A stretch of 63,685 nucleotides of DNA, counting the filler, from an uncultured archaeon (lineage in GTDB: Archaea > Iainarchaeota > Iainarchaeia > Iainarchaeales > 1-14-0-10-31-34), in NCBI GenBank assembly GCA_964442255.1. It is 4 parts of 4 records of this genome, joined end to end, with 100 filler letters (N's around TTAATTAATTAA, not from the genome) between each part and the next. Parts side by side here need not be neighbours in the genome. Positions count along the whole stretch, not along the records: positions 25,720 to 51,315 come from CAYTYC010000022.1; 3 more parts are not named here. The stretch is one strand, 5' to 3'. This document shows positions 27,590 through 36,228 of the stretch, piece by piece (positions within the stretch are counted from its first letter, which is position 1; each line of letters starts with the position of its first letter). The position numbers and the translations under genes are program-made. The notes beneath the pieces are model-generated. The model did not search any database, was not told the DNA's origin, and saw only the letters and a list, made by a program, of their open reading frames with translations.

Positions 27590-29101
27590 ATGGACTCATT
27601 CTTCAGGGACGCGGTCAAAAGAATTGAGGAAAACGCGGGACTGGTTGTTAATCCCTCTGATTCCGGGCTCCGGGAATTAGCGCGCAAGGATGAAAGAACA
27701 ACAGAATTCGGCAGCCCAAGTTATGTAACCAAAATAAGGAACAGGAGCGCAAAATTCACGGAGGTAGTTGAATCCTCCCCTCCCCCGAAGGAGCACGTTG
27801 AATTAATTGAAAAGGTTGTTGAATCCCTTAAAGGAAAGAAACTAATACTAACTGAGAGGACACTCTGCCAAAACCGGCGGGTAAATTTCCAATGCAAAAT
27901 CCTTTACCCGGTGGAATTCGCGAGAATTCCGTTCATGTGGCAGAAAACAATGTTTCCCTCAAAACCAGGCAGTGAACCGGATATTCTGGTTGTCGCCGTC
28001 CCTGATTGGGGCGAGCGGAAAATGCTGGTGGACGCCCCCAGTGGGGTGAGTTTTCTTTTGGGCAGCGATTACTTTGGTGAATGCAAGAAAGCAAACCTCA
28101 GGATGGGGATGTATTTGTTCAAGAAAAGGTTTGGCGGATTGGGCCTTCACGCCGGAAGCAAATTGCTTCGCGTCAAAAAAAAGGACGGAAAACCCGTTGA
28201 CAAGGGCGCAATCCTTTTCGGCTTGAGCGGAACAGGCAAAACCACCCTCACAGTGCACGACCACGAATTAAAGGGCGAGGAAAGGGTTTTAATCCGCCAG
28301 GATGACGTTGTGTTGATGGATGAAAAAGGGTTTTGCTTTGGGACCGAAGAAAGCTTTTTCATTAAAACCGAGGGCCTGACCCCCGGCCAAAAAGTGATGT
28401 ACGACGCTGCCACAAAGCCGAGCGCGGTTCTGGAGAATGTTTTCGTGGACGAAAACGGAAAAGTTGATTTCCTTGATTATTCCCTCACCTCCAACGGCCG
28501 CGGAATTGTTAGGAGGAAGGAAATAAGGGAACGCGATGAAAGCATTGACCTTCAAAAAGCGAATATCGTGATTTTCATCACCAGAAGGCATGACATTGCG
28601 CCCCCTGCCGCAAAGCTTTCCCCTGAACAGGGCGCCGCGATGTTTATGCTCGGGGAAAGCATTGAAACCTCTGCCGGAGACCCTTCAAAGGAGGGGCAAA
28701 GTAAGAGAGAAGTGGGCACAAACCCTTTCATTGTGGGGCCGAAGCATGTGGAAGGAAACCGTTTTTTGGAGATTTTGAGGAAAAACCCTGACATGGAGTG
28801 CTTTGTTTTAAACACCGGAAGGGTTGGCGGAAAAGATTCAGGGGACAAGATTACAATCGCGGATTCCACAAAAATAATTAAGGAAATCGCAAGGGAAACA
28901 ATTGAATGGAAAAAAGACCCCTTCTGGGGTTACTTCCTGCCCAAATCGGTTCCCGGAGTTGAAACAAAAAAACTTGACCCCTTAAACTATTACCCGGAAA
29001 AAGAGTACAGGGAATTGGTTGAAAGGCTTCGCGCAGAAAGAAGGGATTGGATGAAGCAGTTCCCTGAACTGAACCCTGAAATCTCCCGGCAGTTCACGTA
29101 A
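27590..29101 (+). CDS. pckA: Phosphoenolpyruvate carboxykinase (ATP)
   Basis: YFGECKK, LHAGSK, FGLSGTGKTTL, QDD, TSNGR, VGTNPF, LNTG. Confidence 0.92.
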   Translation: MDSFFRDAVKRIEENAGLVVNPSDSGLRELARKDERTTEFGSPSYVTKIRNRSAKFTEVVESSPPPKEHVELIEKVVESLKGKKLILTERTLCQNRRVNFQCKILYPVEFARIPFMWQKTMFPSKPGSEPDILVVAVPDWGERKMLVDAPSGVSFLLGSDYFGECKKANLRMGMYLFKKRFGGLGLHAGSKLLRVKKKDGKPVDKGAILFGLSGTGKTTLTVHDHELKGEERVLIRQDDVVLMDEKGFCFGTEESFFIKTEGLTPGQKVMYDAATKPSAVLENVFVDENGKVDFLDYSLTSNGRGIVRRKEIRERDESIDLQKANIVIFITRRHDIAPPAAKLSPEQGAAMFMLGESIETSAGDPSKEGQSKREVGTNPFIVGPKHVEGNRFLEILRKNPDMECFVLNTGRVGGKDSGDKITIADSTKIIKEIARETIEWKKDPFWGYFLPKSVPGVETKKLDPLNYYPEKEYRELVERLRAERRDWMKQFPELNPEISRQFT

Positions 29102-29119
29102 AGGAAAAAGGCCCGGAAG

Positions 29120-29413
29120 CTACTTGTGTTTCCTTAGTGAATTTATTCCGCATGCAGCCAAATAAGGGATGACAATTAACGTTAAAAACATCAAGAAATA
29201 CCCTGCTGGCGTGAGCACTTTGCTGGCGCCAAAATACACGCCTAAGCCGCAAACACTGTCTTTTAACGGCGGCGGGTCAGGGATTACTGGTTGTGTCTGG
29301 CACGGAAAAATCCTTGTGTCTGTGTTTGCGAAGAACAAATAAATTGCAATCGCCAGCACAACGAACACGGCAACTGTCCGCTTGGTTGGCTTAAAAAATT
29401 CTTTCCAGCCCAT
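29120..29413 (-). CDS. Small membrane protein (2 TM, Cys pair in the loop)
   Basis: MGWKEFFKPT followed by two hydrophobic helices. Confidence 0.65.
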   Translation of the reverse strand: MGWKEFFKPTKRTVAVFVVLAIAIYLFFANTDTRIFPCQTQPVIPDPPPLKDSVCGLGVYFGASKVLTPAGYFLMFLTLIVIPYLAACGINSLRKHK

Positions 29414-29503
29414 GATTGTTCATTGAACTATTGTTTGATGTTTTATTTAAATATGCCGAAAACATTAGATATAAGGCTATTTGAGGCAGATTGTTGGATT
29501 TGG

Positions 29504-30703
29504 CTATTTTTTTCTCAGCGCCTCGGTGGGCTCCAAATGTGCCGCCATTCTCGCGGGCACAACCCCCGCGATTATCCCGATTCCCATTGCAAACCCTATG
29601 GCGCCCAATACAGCAGGCGGCTCTATCACCGTGTAAAAGTCCAGGCCCAAAACCGCGATTGCAGCGGAAACCCCGAGTGAGAGAAGAATTCCCAGCGTAG
29701 CGCCGATTATTCCGCCAACCAGGCCAACTTCGCCTGCCTCCATTAAAAACAAAAACAACACCTGCCTGTTGGTTGCCCCGACCGCCTTCATTATTCCGAT
29801 TTCATGCGTTCTTTCCGTTACCGCCATGACCATTGTGTTCAGTATCCCGATTCCGCCCACAAACAATGAAATTGCCGCAATTCCAACCAGCACCAGCGCA
29901 ATAACCCCGACAACACTCATTATCATGTCGCTTATCTGCGACGCGTCCGTGACCTGAAAGTCTTCCGCCCCGTGCGCGTCTTCAAGCTTGTCTTTAATCC
30001 TTTCCTTTACTTCCTCAACCTCAAACCTTTCGCTGACTTTCACGAAAAGCCTGTTTGGCAGCATGCCTGCCCCCGCCACTTCCTTTAAGCCGGATTCGCC
30101 CATTATAACCGCGTTGTCCATTATCGCGCCCGCAAAATGCGTTGCCTTTTCGTTTACCGCAACCACCCCAAAGTTTTTGCCCTCGATTTTTATTGTGTCG
30201 TTTGTTGTAAGCGGCCTTTCAAACCCTTCTCCCGCAATTTTTGCGCCAAGCATTACGCTTGTTTTTTCCGTTGGATTCAAAAACCTTCCGTGCTCAACAA
30301 CAACCAGGTTCAGGCTCTCGAACTCAGCCCCTTTTTTTGGGTCTATCCCTATCAGCACCAGTGTTTTCTTTTCTTTTTTGAATTCAACTGTCCCGGACTC
30401 AAGGTAAATTTCAAGCGCTTCATCCACCCCCCGAACTTTTTCCACTGCCTTAGCGTCGCCTTCCTGAAGCCTGCTGAACGCGGATTCCATGAAGCTTTTT
30501 CCCGGCAAAACAATCACGCTGTGGGTTCCCAGACTTTCAAACTGCTGTTCAACCGACTTGTTCAGTCCCGCGCCGACTGAAGTCAGGACAACTATTGCGG
30601 TTACCCCGATGACTATTCCGAGGATTGTGAGCCAGCTTCTTTTTCCCTGCTTCCTTATGTTTGTGGAGGCGTACTTCAATACTTCCATGTTGTCCATTTT
30701 CAT
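29504..30703 (-). CDS. MacB/FtsX-family ABC permease
   Basis: RSWLTILGIVIG, VGGIGILNTM..AVTERTHEIGIMKAVGA, PARMAAHLEPTEALR. Confidence 0.93.
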   Translation of the reverse strand: MKMDNMEVLKYASTNIRKQGKRSWLTILGIVIGVTAIVVLTSVGAGLNKSVEQQFESLGTHSVIVLPGKSFMESAFSRLQEGDAKAVEKVRGVDEALEIYLESGTVEFKKEKKTLVLIGIDPKKGAEFESLNLVVVEHGRFLNPTEKTSVMLGAKIAGEGFERPLTTNDTIKIEGKNFGVVAVNEKATHFAGAIMDNAVIMGESGLKEVAGAGMLPNRLFVKVSERFEVEEVKERIKDKLEDAHGAEDFQVTDASQISDMIMSVVGVIALVLVGIAAISLFVGGIGILNTMVMAVTERTHEIGIMKAVGATNRQVLFLFLMEAGEVGLVGGIIGATLGILLSLGVSAAIAVLGLDFYTVIEPPAVLGAIGFAMGIGIIAGVVPARMAAHLEPTEALRKK

Positions 30704-30766
30704 TCACGCCTTTGCAGGAGCATGTTTTCTTTTTCTTTTTTCAGTTTCCGGCCCAAAGTTTTTTTT

Positions 30767-31960
30767 TCATTCATATCTCAGCGCCTCCACGGGGTCAAGT
30801 TTTGCCGCGCTTCTTGCGGGCACGAAACCAGCAACAGCCCCCAGCAGGGTGGAAAACCCTATTGCCCCTGACACAAGCACCGGGTCAACGGGAATGCTTA
30901 ACCCGAATCCCAGTGTTTCCGCAACCATTCCAACACCGAATGCAGTGAGATAGCCGAGCACTGCCCCTATTGCCCCGCCCGCAAGCCCTATGAAGGAGCT
31001 TTCCAGCACAAATATTTTGAGTATTATTCCTTCCGTTGCGCCAATGGCTTTCATTGCCCCGATTTCCTGCGTTCTTTCAATGATTGACATAACCATTGTG
31101 TTCGTGATTCCAATCGCGCCCACCATGAGCGCGATGCCTGCAATCGCTGCCAGCACAACTGAAACCAACCCAATGATTGCGCCTGCGGACTGAATCAATC
31201 CCTCTAAAGTGTAAACAGTGAAGTTTTTTTCCCCGTGCTCGTCTTCAAGTTTTTTTTCAATTCTTTCCGCTACTTCATTTGGGTCCTCTCCTTCATTGAC
31301 TTTCACAATCAGTTCCATGGGGTTTTTTTCCCCGAAAACCTCTTTCACCGCGTCCTTGTGCGCGTAAACAAGGTTTATTCCGCCCAGACTCATTGCCGCC
31401 ATATCCGATTCCCCTAAAATTCCGGCCACCTTGAAGTTTCTGCCCTTCATTTCCACGGTGCTGCGGACACCGATTTTTCCTTTAAAGCCTTCTTCCACCA
31501 GTGTTTTGTCAATCATTATGCCGAACTTGTCGCTGTCGGACAAAAGCCGTCCTTCCTCCAAATTAATCATTCCGGATTCAACCAAATAGTCTATTTTGTT
31601 TGGGTCTATTCCTATAGTGAATGCCCCTGCACTGTCTTTTCCGTGGATAATCGTTGCGGCGGTTTCATAGAATGCGTTGACTTCTTTAACCCCCTTTATT
31701 CCTTCAATTGTTTCAATGTCGTCTTCGGGAATCCTTGCAAACATCATTGTCGCAAAGTTTTCTCCCCCCGGCTCAACCGTGATTGTGTCAAAGCCGACAG
31801 CGGCAAAGCTTTCGTAGATGGTTGCGTTCAATCCCTGCCCCAGCGCAACCAAACACACGATTGCCGCAATCCCGATAATCACGCCTAAAATAGTGAGGTT
31901 GCTTCTCAGTTTTTGCGCACAAACATTCTTGAACGCAAATTCCAGCGTTTCCGTGTCCAT
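30767..31960 (-). CDS. MacB/FtsX-family ABC permease
   Basis: RSNLTILGVIIG, IGITNTM..SIIERTQEIGAMKAIGA, PARSAAKLDPVEALRYE. Confidence 0.93.
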   Translation of the reverse strand: MDTETLEFAFKNVCAQKLRSNLTILGVIIGIAAIVCLVALGQGLNATIYESFAAVGFDTITVEPGGENFATMMFARIPEDDIETIEGIKGVKEVNAFYETAATIIHGKDSAGAFTIGIDPNKIDYLVESGMINLEEGRLLSDSDKFGIMIDKTLVEEGFKGKIGVRSTVEMKGRNFKVAGILGESDMAAMSLGGINLVYAHKDAVKEVFGEKNPMELIVKVNEGEDPNEVAERIEKKLEDEHGEKNFTVYTLEGLIQSAGAIIGLVSVVLAAIAGIALMVGAIGITNTMVMSIIERTQEIGAMKAIGATEGIILKIFVLESSFIGLAGGAIGAVLGYLTAFGVGMVAETLGFGLSIPVDPVLVSGAIGFSTLLGAVAGFVPARSAAKLDPVEALRYE

Positions 31961-31991
31961 GGAATCCGGAAAAATAAGTGAACAAAGGGAT

Positions 31992-32417
31992 TTAAGGGTT
32001 GGTTTTTGCCTTTCCGCTGAGCCTAAGCAAATCTATGTTGGTGAACACTTTTGCTTTTTTTTGTTCCCTGAAGTGCAGGTCATGTGTCCAAATCCCTTCT
32101 GCATTTGTTGCTAGGCAGACTGCAAGATATGGCACATCTTTTGGGTCCTTTATTTCTGCCCCCATTTTTGGGATAAATTCTTTGTATCCGGAGTACGGAA
32201 TTATCGAGATATTCTCCACAACCAGCGCAAGCAGGATTCTGAACTCTTTTTCCGTTAAGCCTGATTTCTTTACGGTAGTGGAGTGGTGTTTGAAGATTTC
32301 TTCCGCGATATACTCCGGAGCCACGAATTCAAAAGTTTTGTCGAATAAGATTTCCCGTGTAGTGCTGTCTTTTAACAGCCCGGCTATCGCCCTGTTGGAG
32401 TCTATCACAACCCTTAT
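31992..32417 (-). CDS. PIN-domain toxin (VapC-like)
   Basis: RVVIDSN..., [22 protein letters not shown]. The expected start position carries ATA (32417); a GTG at 32408 is an alternative. The upstream part of the track ORF overlaps the antitoxin and is probably not real. Confidence 0.85.
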   Translation of the reverse strand: MRVVIDSNRAIAGLLKDSTTREILFDKTFEFVAPEYIAEEIFKHHSTTVKKSGLTEKEFRILLALVVENISIIPYSGYKEFIPKMGAEIKDPKDVPYLAVCLATNAEGIWTHDLHFREQKKAKVFTNIDLLRLSGKAKTNP

Positions 32418-32647
32418 TGAATCAGACCGTGGCGTTTGGCTATTCCCTTGTTTATTTTCCTGCCTATTTCCAGCGCGTCTTTCTCGGTCAGTTTGCTTTT
32501 GGAAAGCATTCTGTCCATTAGCTCCAGTTTTCTTGCCTTCTCCCGCATTGCCTGCCTCGCCACCTCGCTCCATTTGATTTCCCTGTGCTTTTTCATTATC
32601 TGGTGCAAGTCTTCCGGAACCGCCAAAGTCATGTTAGTCAAAAACAA
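32414..32647 (-). CDS. Putative antitoxin (ribbon-helix-helix-like)
   Basis: [11 protein letters not shown]...[12 protein letters not shown]. Immediately upstream of and overlapping the PIN gene; AGGTGAT RBS. Confidence 0.82.
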   Translation of the reverse strand: MFLTNMTLAVPEDLHQIMKKHREIKWSEVARQAMREKARKLELMDRMLSKSKLTEKDALEIGRKINKGIAKRHGLIQ

Positions 32648-32761
32648 TCACCTAAGTAAATTAAGTATTCCTACTTATTTAAGCTTTTTGGTTCCCTATG
32701 CACTTTGCTCCGCTGAAAGCCTTAATAACCTGATTCACAGGGAATCGACGAAAACGCTTTT

Positions 32762-34183
32762 TCATTTTTCCCTGAACAGCCAGCAGAAGCCTGTGCTGAC
32801 TGCAACAATGAACAGCGACGCGCCCACAATGAGCAGCGGGTCTTCAACCAGATTCCCGTAAACAAACAACGGAATTCCCACAACAAATGCTGTTAAAACT
32901 CCCCAGAAAACCCCTTTTGCGCTCAACTTTTTCCAGTACAAACTCAGCACAGTTGGAACCATTACGCATGCAGCGATGGTATTGAAAACCCACCACAAAT
33001 GCTTCAGCCCGAACTCAGGCACAAGCATTACCGCAACCGCTACCCCCAATCCAGCCAAAGTTATTCCAACCATTGCCTTTCTTGCAGCTGAAACGCTTTT
33101 CTTTTCGTTTTTTTCCTTTGCCACATCAACAGTGTACAGGGAACTCGCTGCACACAAACCCGAGTCCAGTGTGGAACTTAACCCAGCCAATAACACAACC
33201 ACAAACAAAACCAGCGCCCAGGAAGGAAGCAGTGTTCCGACTGTCGCTACTCCAATCATTGAAACATCCACGCCTTCTTCCAACTCAACTCCCAATGCGG
33301 GGTTTGCCCCAAGGAAACCCAGCGGAGCCAAAGCCAGCGGAACAATTCCAAACAGCAGCGCGCCAACAATAAACGCTTTCCTTAAGTCTGTTTTCTTTAC
33401 CGCAAAACTCCTTTGCCAGTACTGCTGGTCAGAGATTGCGCCTGCAATCAGCCCAACCGCAGTGACTATTCCAAAGCTGAACGCAACGCCCGGGTCAAAA
33501 AGGTTTGTGTATGCCCCGCTTTCTCCCCCCAACCCATCCAGCACCGAGTCCGGCCCTCCTGCCGCCCCAATAACCCATGGAATGATCACAATTATTCCGA
33601 CAAATATGAGCGCCATCTGGATGAAGTCAGTTGTAATTGACGCCCTTAACCCGGAGATTAAGGAATAACTTAATGCAATCACTGAAATCAAAACCATTGA
33701 TGTGAGCAAGGGAATTCCGGTTAAGAGTGTGAGAATGTTTCCCCCGGCAAACACCTGCACAGTTACAGCCATTAACTGGTAAAAGAAGTAAGGGAAAAGG
33801 TAAACCTTGTGCACTTTCTCGCTTTTCAGCCTATGCAAAATCCACTGCGGCAGGGTGTAGCCTTCAGGCATTTTTTCCCTTATTTTTGGGGCAAGGAAAG
33901 CAAAGACCGCAAGCGCCAAAATATTCGGAAAAGTAAACCAAAACAGCCCGGGCAAACCCAGCTGGAATGCCATCTGCACTGAAACAAACAACGCCGGAGC
34001 CCAGATCCAGGAGGCGGCAATACTCGCGCCCCCGACTGTCCACGGAATTCTCCTGCCTGCAGCCAGAAAGCCAACTTTGGTTCCTGAGTCTTTTCTTTGT
34101 GCAAAAACACAGGTTATTCCGGCCATTGTCAGGCCAAATAAAAAAATAAACAGATAACCCTCAAGTTCGCTGATGAATGCCAC
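32762..34183 (-). CDS. Sodium:solute symporter (DUR3/urea-transporter-like)
   Basis: About 13 TM; SIAASWIWAPAL, GLRASITTDFIQ, DQQYWQR, SSTLDSGLCA. Substrate uncertain. Confidence 0.85.
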   Translation of the reverse strand: MAFISELEGYLFIFLFGLTMAGITCVFAQRKDSGTKVGFLAAGRRIPWTVGGASIAASWIWAPALFVSVQMAFQLGLPGLFWFTFPNILALAVFAFLAPKIREKMPEGYTLPQWILHRLKSEKVHKVYLFPYFFYQLMAVTVQVFAGGNILTLLTGIPLLTSMVLISVIALSYSLISGLRASITTDFIQMALIFVGIIVIIPWVIGAAGGPDSVLDGLGGESGAYTNLFDPGVAFSFGIVTAVGLIAGAISDQQYWQRSFAVKKTDLRKAFIVGALLFGIVPLALAPLGFLGANPALGVELEEGVDVSMIGVATVGTLLPSWALVLFVVVLLAGLSSTLDSGLCAASSLYTVDVAKEKNEKKSVSAARKAMVGITLAGLGVAVAVMLVPEFGLKHLWWVFNTIAACVMVPTVLSLYWKKLSAKGVFWGVLTAFVVGIPLFVYGNLVEDPLLIVGASLFIVAVSTGFCWLFREK

Positions 34184-34264
34184 TGTTTTTTCCTCCCTGT
34201 TTGCTTGTCCCTGAAAGAATGCCCTTTCTGATATATTTCCCTTAGCAGGGCATATATAAATTAG

Positions 34265-34282
34265 TGGTGGTTTTTACCACCA
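34265..34282. promoter_or_regulatory. Candidate operator palindrome TGGTGGT-N4-ACCACCA
   Basis: Perfect 7-4-7 inverted repeat between the divergent transporter and TrmB-like genes, next to an AT-rich TATA-like run. Confidence 0.5.
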
Positions 34283-34324
34283 ATTTTAGACAGGTTTTTA
34301 TTTCCTTTCCCGCAGGTTTTCTGT

Positions 34325-35068
34325 ATGTACTTTGATGTTTTGTCTTCCCTTGGCTTGAGCCCTAATGAAGCCAAGGTGTATGAGTCCCTTCTGAATATTG
34401 GAAAGGCCCCAATTAACGAAATTGCATTGGAGTCCAATGTGCACAGAAGAAATGTTTATGACTCAACTGAAAAGCTTTTGAAGAAGGGCCTTGTTTCAGA
34501 GGAATTTGATTCCGGGAAACGGTTCTTTAAGCCTGTTTCCCCTGAACGGCTTGTTTCAATCCTGAAAGAAAAAGAAACAGCGGTTGATTCTATCCTGCCG
34601 GGGCTGCAGAAAAAATTCGCGAAAAGCGTTGCAAAAGAGGAGGCAGTAATGTACGCAGGAATTGAGGGCGTGAAAACTTATCTCCAGGATATTTTAAATG
34701 TGGGCGAACCAGCTTATTTCATCGGCGCAAAGGCCTTCTGGCTTGATCCCCGTCTCCAGTACTTCCTCCCCAAATTTGAAAAACAGAGGGTAAAGAAAAG
34801 GATTCACTTGAAGCACATCTTTGACCACGAAGTAAGAAGCCTTGCCCCCGGCATCCTTAAGCTCAAATTCAATGATTACAGGTTTTTTCCTCCTGAATTT
34901 TCCAGCTCAACCGCAATTGACATTTTTGGTGACCGTGTTGTGAGCTTTTATGGCCTTTCACCCGGGAAGTTGCCAGAAGAACCTGTCCAGTTCACTATTG
35001 TGAGCGAAAAAATTGCGGAAGGCTACAGGAAGTTCTTTGAATTCATGTGGAAGGGCTGCAAAAAGTGA
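34325..35068 (+). CDS. TrmB-family transcriptional regulator
   Basis: LGLSPNEAKVYESLL...VHRRNVYDSTEKLLKKGLV N-terminal HTH. Confidence 0.88.
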   Translation: MYFDVLSSLGLSPNEAKVYESLLNIGKAPINEIALESNVHRRNVYDSTEKLLKKGLVSEEFDSGKRFFKPVSPERLVSILKEKETAVDSILPGLQKKFAKSVAKEEAVMYAGIEGVKTYLQDILNVGEPAYFIGAKAFWLDPRLQYFLPKFEKQRVKKRIHLKHIFDHEVRSLAPGILKLKFNDYRFFPPEFSSSTAIDIFGDRVVSFYGLSPGKLPEEPVQFTIVSEKIAEGYRKFFEFMWKGCKK

Positions 35069-35112
35069 AAGGGAGGATGGAGGAGAAGAATCCCCCTCCA
35101 ATTAAGTTTCTT

Positions 35113-35400
35113 TTAATGCATCATTTCATGCATTCCTTCGCTGTTTTCGTGCATTGCTTTGCAGTGTTCCTGCATGTCCTCAAAACTGTCGAAACCCATT
35201 TCTTCCATGTGCCGGTCAAGGCTTTCGCCGTGCATCTCTTCATGGAGTTCGTTCATTTGCGCGTAGCTGAAATCAAAGCCCCCGGTATTGCCTTCTTCCT
35301 GCACTGAAAGCGAGTGCGCGAAAACAAATCCCGAGGCAAGCACTATGGAAACTGCGGCAACCAACCCAAACAAGTGTTTTCCTTTCATTTTTTTTTCCAC
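35113..35400 (-). CDS. Secreted His/Met-rich small protein (putative metal binding)
   Basis: Signal peptide, then MNELHEEMHG...MQEHCKAMH...MHEMMH. Confidence 0.7.
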   Translation of the reverse strand: MEKKMKGKHLFGLVAAVSIVLASGFVFAHSLSVQEEGNTGGFDFSYAQMNELHEEMHGESLDRHMEEMGFDSFEDMQEHCKAMHENSEGMHEMMH

Positions 35401-35430
35401 CTCCTTTGAATTCTTTACTTTGTGTTTCCT

Positions 35431-36105
35431 TCAGCATCCGCCGACCATGTCAGGTAATGCGTTCAGGTTTGTCACTGTAATTCCCTGGTTCTCTGCCTGA
35501 AGCTGTATTGCTTTTTGGATTGTCTGTTTCGGGAAAAACAGTGTTTTCCAGTTTGTCAGCTCCTGCAGAACTTCATCATTGCTTAACTCAGGGTGCTCTG
35601 TTATAAGGTATTTTGCCAGGCCGCGCATTGCGTAACTGTGCTCGCAGCCGCATGCCGCCCTGCCGTCCTCAAATGTTATGCTTTCCGCTCCGCAGCAGTA
35701 CTCGCAGCTGATGCTGGTTCCGACATCTGTGTAACGGATTTGCTCTTCCGGGCTCATTGCACTGAACTGAATGCTTCTGTCCAGGTTTGCAAGCACACTC
35801 AACCCTGCAACCGGCTCCTCAAAGCTCACGCTTAACTCGTTTCCGTATCCCTCCGGAACGCCCCGTGGAATGATTTCTTTCATCAGCATCGCCGTCGGGT
35901 CTTCCGCCTGTGCTGCAGTGCCTGTGCCTTGGCTTGCGCTTAATGCAACGCCTCCGCTGCCTGCACCGATCGAACCTTTCATTGAGGCTATCACCGCGCT
36001 TTGCTGGCTTAATTCTTCAATAATGTTTGACTGAAGGTAAGTGTTGTAGAGCATCAGCCCCACTACTGCAAAACCTAAAACCACAAAAATATTGTTTTTG
36101 TCCAT
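35431..36105 (-). CDS. Membrane-anchored protein with CEYCCG / CGCEH motifs and C-terminal GGC
   Basis: N-terminal TM helix, clustered Cys/His, GGAGGAG RBS before the ATG at 36105. Confidence 0.75.
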   Translation of the reverse strand: MDKNNIFVVLGFAVVGLMLYNTYLQSNIIEELSQQSAVIASMKGSIGAGSGGVALSASQGTGTAAQAEDPTAMLMKEIIPRGVPEGYGNELSVSFEEPVAGLSVLANLDRSIQFSAMSPEEQIRYTDVGTSISCEYCCGAESITFEDGRAACGCEHSYAMRGLAKYLITEHPELSNDEVLQELTNWKTLFFPKQTIQKAIQLQAENQGITVTNLNALPDMVGGC

Positions 36106-36228
36106 TAAACTCCTCCTCGGGCTTAAACCCTGTACTAACCTTAGCTGAAACCATATATAGGCGTTCATGAAACCATGGTTTCACGTATTTTTTCCGCATT
36201 TACCGGAAAGAAAGAGGGCTTTTTTTGC

